Both the position numbers and the translations under genes were made by a program. Below the pieces are notes generated by a model, which saw nothing but the letters and a program-made list of their open reading frames with translations, searched no databases and was not told where the DNA came from. A DNA stretch of 64,000 bases. It comes from Antedon mediterranea (lineage: Eukaryota; Animalia; Echinodermata). The stretch is from NCBI RefSeq assembly GCF_964355755.1, contig NC_092672.1:248001-312000 (forward strand), given 5' to 3'. Positions 1 through 11,500 of this stretch are shown here, piece by piece (positions within the stretch are counted from its first letter, which is position 1; each line of letters begins with the position of its first letter).

Positions 1-90
1 AAAATAATGGAATTGATGTATTAAGCAGATTCCTAATTGGATTTGTCTAATATAGTATCAGGGAAATATCACCCTGTACATAGTGAACTA

Positions 91-386
91 ATACTCTTAG
101 TTTTCACATCTGCATAAATTGTTACCAACTTGTACCAATAATATTTTCAAACATGCATACGCGGACCTTGCGCTATTTGATTACTATGATTGGTCAGTTA
201 ATACCAGGGCAATACATGCGCGCGCAGTAAGAACTCGGAACATCTCGGAACAAAAACACAGTCCTCTGTCCTTGAGATTTCACAGGGGACCCCTGTGAAA
301 TCTCGAGAGAAAATTTTCTTCACGCTATGCAAACCTAGTTACAACTTGTAACAAGTTGTTACAATTTGCAGATGTGAATAGGGTAT
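91..386. mobile_element. MITE-like element with imperfect terminal inverted repeats
   Basis: Left arm ttcacatctgcataaattgttaccaacttgtac is the approximate reverse complement of right arm gtaacaagttgttacaatttgcagatgtgaa. No ORF inside. Confidence 0.5.
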
Positions 387-550
387 TAGCTTTATATAAT
401 GCAACTAATAAGTATCATGAGTGTATTATTACTGCGAGGTGTTTTCTTGATTGATTGTAACATTAAAATGGTACTATCAATGAGTACTATTATAAAAGTA
501 ATTGATTAGCATACATATTCATCATTGATAATTTTAACTTGTTTTATAAG

Positions 551-2649
551 GATGCAGATGGGGATACACCACTACATGTTGCCATTAACAAAAATCAAGA
601 TAAAGTTATAGAAGTCATGCTGAAATCACCTAAGGTTGACATAAGTGTGAGCAATGGAAGAGGTTTTAATACCTTACAGTATGCTGCACTCAGAGGGTGC
701 ACTAAGTAAGTACTAAGTCATGCTGAAATCACCTAAGGTTGACATAAGTGTGAGCAATGGAAGAGGTTTTAATACCTTACAGTATGCTGCACTCAGAGGG
801 TGCACTAAGTAAGTACTAAGTCATGCTTAAATCACTTAAGGTTGACATAAGTGTGAGCAATGGAAGAGGTTTTAATACCTTACAGTATGCTGCACTCAGA
901 GGGTGCACTAAGTAAGTACTAAGTCATGCTTAAATCACTTAAGGTTGACATAAGTGTGAGCAATGGAAAAGGTTTTAATACCTTACAGTATGCTGCACTC
1001 AGAGGGTGCACTAAGTAAGTACTAAGTCATGCTTAAATCACTTAAGGTTGACATAAGTGTGAGCAATGGAAGAGGTTTTAATACCTTACAGTATGCTGCA
1101 CTCAGGGGGTGCACTAAGTAAGTACTAAGTCTTGCTTAAATCACTTAAGGTTGACATTAGTGTAAGTGATGCTTAAATCATTAATTTTTGTACTTAAATT
1201 TTCCAGAGCGGTTGAACTTATTTTGTCGCAAACAGAAGGCAAACAATTAGTAAACAGTAAAAAGAAAGATGGCTTCACAGCTCTGCATGTTGCCGCTGTA
1301 AATGACCATGTAGAAGTTGCTAAACTTCTCATACAAAAGGTAACGATTTTAATTTGGTTTTTATTGATCTTATCATTTTGTATTACTTAGTTGGAATTGA
1401 AAACAATTCTAATGTCAAATGGCAGATACAGAATTAGTACTACCATTGCAAATTATCAACATACTCTCTTTCTTAACATGTGCAGGGTAAAGCAGATTTG
1501 GAAATTAAAAATAACAAAGGGGCAACACCATTAATGTGTGCTGTGGATGAATTTCATGTTAAAGTTGTTGGTGTGTTGGTTGAAGCAGGGTCAAATGTCA
1601 ACTGCACGGACAATGATGGTGATACGTGCCTACACAATTTAATGATAAAGAATACAATCAATGACCTGCAAGGGTCGTTGTCAGGTGAAGATGACATAAT
1701 GCGCTCAGTAAGCCATCATTTTATTTCTATATAATAGACAACATTTATTTTAAATTAAAACTTTTAGAATTGATTGTTACATGGGTTACAATGTCTATAC
1801 TTCAATTCACCCTTATAATTCTTCATTATCAGTATATTTCGGTATATTCAACTGCCACACTTTAGTGGCATTGTATATTTATATCCAATCTAACCTCAGC
1901 ATACTATAAAAACACCAGTGACAGTGACAACCAATCACACTGAGACATTTCCTTTGAATTGAATACTAACTATTTTACTCAATCAAAGTGTATGAATATT
2001 TTAAGGAAATGAAAATAATTTTGAACAATTTTAAAAATGTTAGTGGTTATTCTTTTCCTTAAGCTCTGTCAAACTAGTTTGACAAAAAAAAAGTGTGATG
2101 TGCCCAAATATGGTAGTGATGTGACATCATCATGCCCATTATTGGCACATCACAATTTTTTTCACAAAGATTGATAGTGTGAACAGAGTTTAACTTGACA
2201 TTTTAATTTGTATAATTATATATATATTATTTCACTGCCTCAGCTTAGGGCTGTAGTTGGTGGCATACTTAATACACATTCAGAATCCAAACCAGATGAC
2301 GGTTTTGATATAGCCGGATATTTAGTTGCGAATGGAGCCAACCTGCAACTGAAGAATAAAAAGGGTAAAACTGCCCTTGATCTTAATAAAAATCCCAAGG
2401 TTGAGAAAATGCTCCTTCTTGTCCAACAGCAACAATGGTAAGTATATTTATTTACTACACCATTGTTGTAGAATAGTGGTGGTGGTGCACTCTGAATATT
2501 TTAATTTGTTTAACTATTTTCCAACAACAGAAGTGTTATTGCAGCTATATACTGTACTTCACAAGCATTGTAAAATGGTTAGGTTTGTTTTTTAGATTTG
2601 TGTAAATAACAATATTTTTGTCATTTTCAGGCAGCAAAGTCTCAAGTAA
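551..2649 (+). CDS. Ankyrin-repeat protein (Mind-bomb/MIB2-like ankyrin repeats), 3' exons only; 5' part lies upstream of the window
   Basis: Phase-compatible GT-AG exons 551-705 ([14 protein letters not shown]...[12 protein letters not shown]), 1207-1339 ([14 protein letters not shown]), 1486-1707 (GATPLMCAV...GDTCLH), 2244-2437 ([17 protein letters not shown]) and 2631-2649 (W-QQSLK*). Several TPLH-type ankyrin motifs. No C-terminal RING was seen, so MIB orthology is not claimed. Confidence 0.85.
612..1160 (+). repeat. 103-bp tandem repeat (~5.3 copies) of the ankyrin exon 3' half plus its splice donor
   Basis: Units start at 612, 715, 818, 921, 1024 and 1127; each full unit ends ...gggtgcactaa|gtaagtact. 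Confidence 0.95.
2061..2190. mobile_element. Degenerate MITE of the AGCTCTGTCTACACTATCAAAC family
   Basis: Same ends and internal gtgtgatgtgcccaaatatggt core as the copies at 16067 and 48031. Confidence 0.65.
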
Positions 2650-3288
2650 CCTGTCTGTGTCACTGGAGTGAACCTCAATATAATGTATTCTTAATAAATA
2701 AACCGTGAATTATTTTAATGATATGATTAATGATATTAGATAGAGCTCTTTTGTAATAATAAACAATTATAGTTTTCAGTTCATAAAAATATGTAGGATA
2801 AAAGTGACTGCAAATAACGAGAGGGAAGCCATGATTCGATGTTTTTATCTTTATTTAAATAATAATCAAACGTTGAATCATGTCGGATAACATTTTGATT
2901 TTAACAAATTCATTATTAATAATATATTATTATTATTATTACATTAGAAGTTGTTATTGGTTTAGTTGTAATTATGCTTGGTAATGACTGCTGTTTAATC
3001 ACATCTTGACTCAGAATATGCAATTATGAAATAGAAGCATTCCTTATAAAGGTATTTAAAAACATGACTTTTAGTTACTGTAAATATGGTAGTTCATCAT
3101 AATGTTCTGAATAGTAACATTATATCCTATTCATATTTTATCTTTGTAAATAATTATATGAAGCATTTGTGATTAATGTTCGCATCCCACTTGTGCATAT
3201 TCTGATCCAAATAATCTCTTCTTTTTCTGGGAATTTTTGGGTTTAATAATCAAGTGTTAGCTTAAGTCACTGTCACTATGTTAAGATT

Positions 3289-3681
3289 AGTTCCCACTAC
3301 AGACGCAATACAAGGACGTATAATGTGATGGATAAAGTGATGGATTATTCGAACAGTCGGTTATCATTGGTCAACACGCTTACGTTGCCTCTACGTCCTC
3401 GCGTTGCGTCTTAAGCTTTGTTCCCACTGTAAAAACAGACTAAAAACTAATTGTCATCCTCTGCGTCTACTCTGTGACTTCGTTTTTGTACGGTTTTCAA
3501 ATTTGGTTTTGTTCCTCTTCTCCATATTTTGGTTCCCACTAGAGACGCAGCACAAGGACGTAACCAACGTAAGTGAGTAAACCAATCACAAGCGACGGAT
3601 TATTCGAACTGTCGCTGGTCATTGGTCAACACACTTGCATTGCGTTTACGTCCTTGCGTTAGTCTTAGTGGGAACCAAGCT
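3289..3681. mobile_element. Two adjacent copies of a hairpin MITE (AGCTTGGTTCCCACTAG...CTAGTGGGAACCAAGCT family)
   Basis: About 3289-3412 and 3528-3681 share gttcccacta-gacgcaa-caaggacgta with the inverted counterpart tacgtccttgcgtt...agtgggaaccaagct. Related copy at 18531. Confidence 0.7.
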
Positions 3682-3977
3682 TTACGTTGCGTACTAATGA
3701 ATGAGTTTGAACTGTTTAAGTACTAGACCTGATAATGTGCTGCTGCAAACGTTATTCTTATTGCAAAGACTTTCAGTTAGTATTTTGTTAATCGTTAAAA
3801 TATATATGAAATGTAGATTTATATAAGATAAATAGATCAGCGTACGTACTGTATAACAGTAGCCTAGATCTGCAATAAAAACAATTTGATACAGAACTTA
3901 TGTCAACATTATTGTCAAGTCTTTGTTTAATGTGTTTTTTATCATCATTTATGTTTTCTTTACCAGAGTGCACATCT

Positions 3978-4299
3978 TAAAGATTTCCCCAAAAACATTA
4001 AAAGTGAAGATTAATTAAATCATACTTGAATGTCATATTGTAGTTTTAGTAGTTAAAGTTAATTCCGTATAAAAAAATCAGGAATAAATTATAATAATGT
4101 TTTAAGAATGAATAAATGCATAGTTAAAATAAACCAAAAACCTCATTGGCTGGCAGCTAATTTGACGTTCTTTCAGATAAATGCATTTTTTTTTCGATCC
4201 CGATTTGGTCAAAGTTGATTTACTATGTGGCATTAAGATTGCAAGTTCAACAAACATTTATTAAGAAATATTTTTCAGGGGACTATAATCTATCTTTAA
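3978..4299 (-). mobile_element. TTAA-flanked Kolobok-like MITE, degenerate, inverted relative to the copy at 4954
   Basis: Ends ...tttttcaggggactataatctatctTTAA. Internal cattggctggcagc is the reverse complement of gctgccagccaatg at about 5113. Confidence 0.6.
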
Positions 4300-4953
4300 A
4301 GTTATTCGGAAGACATCCACTATATTTTATAGTTTACTGTTTTAAAGTAATAGCCGGAATCCCGATCGACGTCGCCGTAGTTGGATGTTTTACCGAAATA
4401 ACGGGATTTTAACGGATTATCCGTCCGATTTCATCAACGAATCGGATAGATTTTTATTTAAGGACCATATCAATGCCGTACAGTCCGGATCTAACTTCTG
4501 ATAGCTCACACCGAACGTGCAGTTTTTGGAATTATTGGCGTGGTCAGTAGAAAGAGGTGCTGTCACCTGTTCACACCCATTTTCTTCCCTTCATTGTGTT
4601 TGTGCAAATAGCCTCTCAGTACGTGGCCTACAATAACATAAAACATATACATATGTGGATCTGGGGCAAGTGGGCCATTTATAATTGCAGTTAATGAATT
4701 AAGTTATTCACTTCCGGAAAAAACGGGGAAAAAAAGAAAACAGTGATTTATATTTATTAAAAGGGAAAAAATGAATAAAAACAATGATTTACCCACTTAT
4801 AGGCGGCCTAAGGGCGGAAAACAAATGTTCACTTTAATTACATTTTTTTTTCAGAAATACATTTTTTTTTTCGATCAATTGTTGTCAAAATGTATAACTA
4901 AGCATACACTACATTATGGCATATTCAACCAACCAAAAAAACATTTTCATTAA

Positions 4954-5268
4954 AGATGTATTGTCCCCCTGAAAAAAATATTAATTTAAAAAAAAATTTT
5001 TATTGAGTATCCTATTTTAATGTAACATAATAGTTATCCACTTTGACCAAAAATTGGATCTAAAAAATCTATTTACCTAAAAATGTAATTTAAAGCAAAA
5101 ATGGTCAAATTGGCTGCCAGCCAATGGATTTTTGGTTGAATTTAAACCATTAATTTTTTTCATTTTAACATGACTTTTTTCGGGTTTTTTTCTATTGAAT
5201 TGATTAACTTCATTAAAACTACAAAATAACATATTCAAAGTCTGATTTTTTTGGGGGACATTACATTT
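4954..5268 (+). mobile_element. TTAA-flanked Kolobok-like MITE
   Basis: TTAA-agatgtattgtcccc ... gggggacattacattt-TTAA. Same terminus as the 28068 element. Confidence 0.7.
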
Positions 5269-5452
5269 TTAAGAAAAAAAAATATGTACTGTAGGCCTAT
5301 GTCTAATTATTATCTTTTTGAATATTATTATCGATGGTGTGACAAATAAAACGAAATTTTCATCGAGATAGTTTTTACACACATTTTTCAGTATTACATA
5401 CATTACGACTGTATTCAAAGGCTAACTCGTAACGCCAAACCCGTATGACAGA

Positions 5453-5460
5453 TGACGTCA
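5453..5460. promoter_or_regulatory. Perfect CRE palindrome (TGACGTCA) upstream of the putative VAMP exon 1
   Basis: gaTGACGTCAtt about 80 bp upstream of the AT|gtaagt start/donor at 5541, in a locally CpG-richer stretch. Confidence 0.45.
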
Positions 5461-5540
5461 TTGTCGATATCGCCATTAGTACAATTTTTCTGTCTGGGTG
5501 GAGAGTATTTAGCCGGTAAAATCTTCCAAATATACCAAAA

Positions 5541-8500
5541 ATGTAAGTTATTGAGCGTTTAGAACGCAAAAGCTTGAAATGTTTTTGTTAGGAATTACGT
5601 ATGTGAAAGTATGTATGTCTAACGTGGATATAAAAGTGTTTATTTTGACAGACAAATTGTTTCTGAGCCGAGAGCTGGATCGACTACAGAGTGTGCTGAG
5701 AGAGAAAAGGAGGCGTTCAGATCTGTGGTTGTTGTTGTATGAAGAGACCGATCGCGCCGCCCTGTTTACACACAAAAACAACGTACACAATACTATAAAT
5801 AATGTATTTAGGATTGTTTTTTTTTTTCATTGCTGTGTCATACGATTTTGTTAAAAGATATATTGGTTTTTGCGCGTTTTCACATTGATTTAATTTAATA
5901 ATAATATAAAGCAACCGAGTATCAAAAACAAATGAAGCAGTAGGCTCCTACACACAATTTTTTCTTAATAATTATTATATATAATATTATTTATAATATG
6001 TTGTTAATTATTATATCATCAAAACAACCTACAAAGATTACAATAACATGGATAAAAGTACCAAAACCATAAATGCAACCAAATGTATTTATTAAATCAA
6101 TTTACAATTAGGCCTAGATCTACTGTATTTTTTTTATAAATCTTTATTGTGCTTGAGAGATAATTGTGTGAATGATGATTATTAGTGTAATGCTTACTCA
6201 TTAAGAGTTTAGTGCTGGTTTTGTACATCACATGCTTTTCTAATCAAAACCTCAGTTTTGTGACTCACAAAGAGGAATTCAGCTATCAATACTAAGTATT
6301 ATCAAAAGATTTGTACTTAAATCTTTGCTGGGTATCAGAGCAAAACATACCTGTATTAGGCCTTACGGTGAAGATGAAAACATTTTTTCTTGTTCCTCAT
6401 TAAGCATAATAAGTGAACTCTCTTGATTCATATACATAAAAATAAATTAATCACGTATTAAAAAGTTCCACGAAAATTTTCCTGACATTTTAAAGAAATC
6501 TTGATTTTAAAAGTATAAAAGAATATATTTTCGCAGTTGCCATTTTGTATCACATGACATCAGTTAAACCAATCATACGCGACGTTTAGGCAGCAGACGT
6601 CAAAATCACACGATGTAAACACGAAATGGCGTCCGACGAGGAAGGATCTTCTCGCTCAGACAAAGTAAAGTTGAAATGTTTTTTCCAAATTTACAAGCAT
6701 TCAAATGAAATTATCAGTCCAATTACTGAGATTCGATGGAATAAAGTGTTGCTCTGTTCAAAGAGTTGGATAAAATTAGATGGAGACGGCAAGGAAATCG
6801 CCATACATTTGACGGAGCTTGGTATGTCTGATGAAGGTAAATCGTTTGACGATGTCGTACGCGAGCATCCAGGCTTAGGTTTTCATGCTACCTGTTACAG
6901 GCGATATACTGATACATCTCGACTAAAAAAGGTAATATTTGGTTTATTATTATCAGAATACTCTAAGAGTTAATAATATAGTTAAATGATACAGTATATA
7001 GGGTGCTGCTGCACTTACTTATAGATCTATATTGTGCCCTTAGTTTCTGTGCTTGGTTGTTGATTGGGCTTTCTACTAGTACCAGTACTACTACGTAGGC
7101 CTAGGGGATTAGGCTAAGTTGAGCCGCCGACAAGTTGAGCCGCCGCCAGAAAAACGTTATTTTCTATGAAACGCCAAATGCTTACTTTCGCCGGTGCTCG
7201 TTTCTATTTAATAGAAGTTCTATTTATATTAATTATTAGATATAACGATGTATATTCCAAAGTTTATAGATCACGGTTTTTAGTATATATTATTAAATAT
7301 TATAATTAAAGAGAAATAATTATGAATTATCTGACTTGTAGATTCCAAAATATAAGGCCTAAAACATGACCGAAAATGATCGTTTTTAGCCAAAAATTAC
7401 GTAAACATGTTGCCCCCTTAGGCGGCAGTTGTATGAACTAGGCCTACTCCATTTTTCGGTAAAATAATTGCATAAAATCACCGTTTTTTAGTAAAATATT
7501 TTGTGTATTAACATTGTAAAATTCAATAAAATATGATATTATTATTAAAAGATAGTAGATAAAAAACAATAATTATTTAACCTCATTCGAAGAGTATCAA
7601 TACTCTATTAGTCCTGAGAGACAACGTGATTTTACGCGAGAAAAATATTATGGAGTGCACTGCATTTTTACCTTGAAAGATTAAAAACAATTAAATTATT
7701 AAATATGACTACTTTCCTTTGCTGTGTTGTTATGGCGGTTCAAACCGACAAAATTGTAGTATGTAATTATTATTTATTTTCATGACACAATAAACCTAAA
7801 GACCATGAACTTATGTACTAGGACACCCCTCTATCACTACGCGAAATGTCGTAAAAGACGCACTGGGCGTTTCATAGAAATTACCGGCGGCTCAACTTGT
7901 CGGCGGCCCAACCGGTCATATCCCGGCCTAGGCCCTAGGCCTAGGCCATATTATATTATACAGTATATATTATTCAGTAGGCTACAAAATTAATTTTAGT
8001 TAAATACCAATATAGGCTCTATATAAGACAAAATAAAATGCTGTATAAATTAATTATACGTTGAAATTGATGTTTAGGCTGAAACAAGAGTTGCCAAAAA
8101 GAGATCCCAAGCAGGAGACAGTGAGAGCCCAGATGAGCCACCAGTTAAGAGGGCCAAGCATTTTTTGAGAAGTAGTTCAGCCACAGCAATGGTTCAAAAA
8201 GCCACAATTTTGCCAAAGAAATGTATCATTTGTAAATTGCAAGACAAATTAGTGACGATCCAAGGCAAAAGAGGTCATGATAAATTAAGAAAGGCTTTAA
8301 CAGATGATGCAGGTAATTATTTGAAGAAAAAAAATTCACTTGTTATTGTTGTTTCTCCTATCCTTGAAATTTGTAAACATATGGTTAATTAATCAATCTG
8401 CTTTCTAATCCCCATCCTATAATGAGTTTTGCAGGCTCAACTGATGTAATCCAATTAGAAAACCTTCCTACTGTACAGCATAATGAGGTGTTCCAGGACA

Positions 8501-11500
8501 TTTCTTCCATGTGAACCTTTGCTATATAGTGTAATCATGGAGCTATACATTTTATATCTCCATGCTGTAGTTATGCATAACAAAATATCATTTCAATCAT
8601 TTAGGAATTACACACTATTGCTTTTGTTGATTTGATTTATGACAGGAATGTTGCGAAAAGCTGCAGAAATGAGAGAGGACCAAAGTATTTTAAAAGACAT
8701 TCGAGGCAAAAGCTGTGCTTGTATTGAAGTGCGATATCATGACCAATGTTACAAAAACTACACCAAAATAGTTGTTAATTCACGTAAACGACATGATTCT
8801 GGAAAGTGAGTAAAACGTAACTTTCTAAAACTCTGTTGGTTTTTTAAATTTACATTTTAAATTTTTTTTTTATTTGCTTCAGTCTAAATGTTGAATTTTT
8901 AAACACCAAAATCTATAAAATATTAAAATATATTTTAATAATACAGTATTTATTATTATTTACAGGGAATTGGAAAGTGTTTTTTTAACATATAAGCAAA
9001 GCTATAAGGTATTTTGCAGAGATGTAATTGATAAACGGTTACAGTATGGACAGGAGATACTAAGACTCGCAAAACTCCAAAAGCTTTTCATGAAATCAAT
9101 TGAAAAAACAGAAAAAGTTTACTTGTCAACTATAAGGTAGGCTGTCGATCCCTTCTTAAAAACGATGAAATAATTTTGTAATATTTTTGAGATCCAGTTA
9201 CTGTAATAATTTCTTCATTTTATCTGTGTTACAATTAATTATAATCAATTAATGTGTTATTTATAGATCAGACGTGTTGAAGAAGAAGCTCAGGATGGAT
9301 TATCCTAACCTAATTTTTCATTCACCCACAAGAAGGTTAGTTGCTTAGTGTGTTTATATTAAATGATTATTTCACCAGGGATAATTAAAAAAAAAAATCT
9401 TTTTGTGGATTGGTCAAACTAAATATTTTATTTATTTTTTCTTAATTAGAAATGAATCAGTTCTGGTGTACTTTAGCAATGTATCCCCAGGATTTGTGGC
9501 TGATCCATTTTTGTCATCAGGAAAAAGTACAACGGAGACAGATGAATCATCAAAGTATGACATAGATATTCCAACTACTTCTACAACACACGAAATCTCC
9601 ACTGATGGTGACAATAGAGACAAACTAAGGACTCTATATTTTGCAGGTACGGTTAAAATACAATAACTTGTATATATTGGTTTATTTTTAAATAACAACA
9701 ATAAATGTTATTGCATAATTAAGGAAATGCTGTGGATCAAAGAGGTGAAAGCTGTATGCACTCAAAAAACAAAACTGTTATGATAGTAAGTGGTGTCGAT
9801 CATAAATGCTGTACACAATACAGTATATGCTTTATATAAATTTATTATTACTATGTTTCATTCACCCAATGCTATAAAATGTACTTGCAGGTACGATAGT
9901 AAATAATGCCATCAAATCAAACAAAGGTATGCAGAGTGAATGGCCTCCAAGAGCAGCGGACATTAATGATGTTGACATATCTGAAATTGTGCCATATGAG
10001 TTGTTTAATCTAATCGCAAAGTGTGTTGGTGCTGCAGAAGATACTATACAAACCTCATTTTCAGATGTTACTGAAGAAACTCGAACGAAAATTTTATCGA
10101 TATGCCAGGACATCCTGTACCTTGCTTGGAAAGGAAGAAGGCAGACTCCAAAGTCACTTGCTCTAGGATTAACTGTTCGAGTGTGAATGAGATGAGTGTG
10201 AAAACAGGACAAGAGAAGAAGAAGAAGAAAAAGAAGACACACCAGACTATGGCATTGAAGATGATGAATTAGACTATGGTGAATTAGACTATGAGGAAGA
10301 TGAATATGAAATATAGTTTATACGGTTTTGAATGCAACAAAATCATCATAAAAAGTAACTGTAATGTAATAGGCCTACACTATAACCAATGTGAAACACT
10401 AACCATGGTTATGCAAACAGAAACTGTGAGCATGTGAATAAAAAAAAAGATTTAAAAAAAATGAAAACAAAATGGAAACCATGAGAATATAAATAAATAA
10501 TATAACCATGAGAATATAATAATAAAAACTGTAACCATGAGAATATAAATAAATAATGTAACCACGAGAATATAATAATAAAAACTGTAACCATGAGAAT
10601 ATAAATAAATAATTTAACCATGAGAATATAATAATAAAAACTGTAACCATGAGAATATAAAGAAAAATAGTAACTATGAGAATATAAAGAAATTGTGTAA
10701 CCATTAAAAGAAATTGTGTAACCATGAGAATATAAAGAAAAATATTAACCATGAGAATAAATACAATTACATTGAAACAAAACAAATATTTGATGTTTGT
10801 ATTTTATTTAATAATTTAAATTTACTATTGCATTGGTGTTTATTACTAGGAATATGTGTTCTATATGTTTCACAGTTAAATCATATCAGTCACTCTGTAC
10901 ATCCTACGGTATAAACTTCGCATAATATTGCTGCTGTATTTCTACTGCTATTAATAGCCTACCTGTCGGGAGAAACCATTATACGAACAGTTGAAGCCAT
11001 TTGTAATTATAAATGTTTTAATGTCGGGGGATAATTATTAACTCTAAATTTTAATTTTAGAGTTAATATAAATTTGTATTCACCAAATTTATTTAAAAAA
11101 ATAAAGAATAAATCTATTTTGATAATAAATAACTTGCCTATATATTTCTTATAAACCGTGATAATAATAGTACAGTCTAGTTATAGTGCGCCACCAGTTG
11201 TTTCAGCCTCGCTATTTCGTAAGAAATCGTTGGCATATTTACCAATTTTAACGGTAATTTTCTACCAAACGCCAGGTATTTTTTTGTGGAACTTTTACTT
11301 TTTGTACTATTAGTATTTATTTAGAACAGTATATGTGGTAAAAAAGTATTATGCTTGATGAGGAACGGGATTGCTTTTCCAGGCATCATTTCAGCTTCGC
11401 CGTAAGGCCTATATTGTATACACTGTACTAAAAATAAATGAAACCGTAGTACGTTCATACAGTACACATCAAGTCTTTCTTATTTGAGGCCCTTCTCATG

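Larger units (their letters stand above)
6357..11411 (+). mobile_element. Academ-like DNA transposon, internally deleted (non-autonomous), inside VAMP intron 1
   Basis: TIRs TAGGCCTTACGGTGAAGATGAAA...gttcctcattaagcataat versus attatgcttgatgaggaac...TTTCAGCTTCGCCGTAAGGCCTA; 3-bp TSD TAT (6354-6356, 11412-11414); encloses a spliced transposase-like gene. Superfamily assignment rests on recalled motifs, TAG..CTA termini and the 3-bp TSD. Confidence 0.75.

Noticed and set aside
5579-5854. 91-aa ORF just inside VAMP intron 1
   Set aside because: No recognisable domain; more likely promoter-proximal intronic sequence.
10399-10785. Hydrophobic 128-aa minus-strand ORF resembling a membrane protein
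   Set aside because: Translation of an AT-rich minisatellite.
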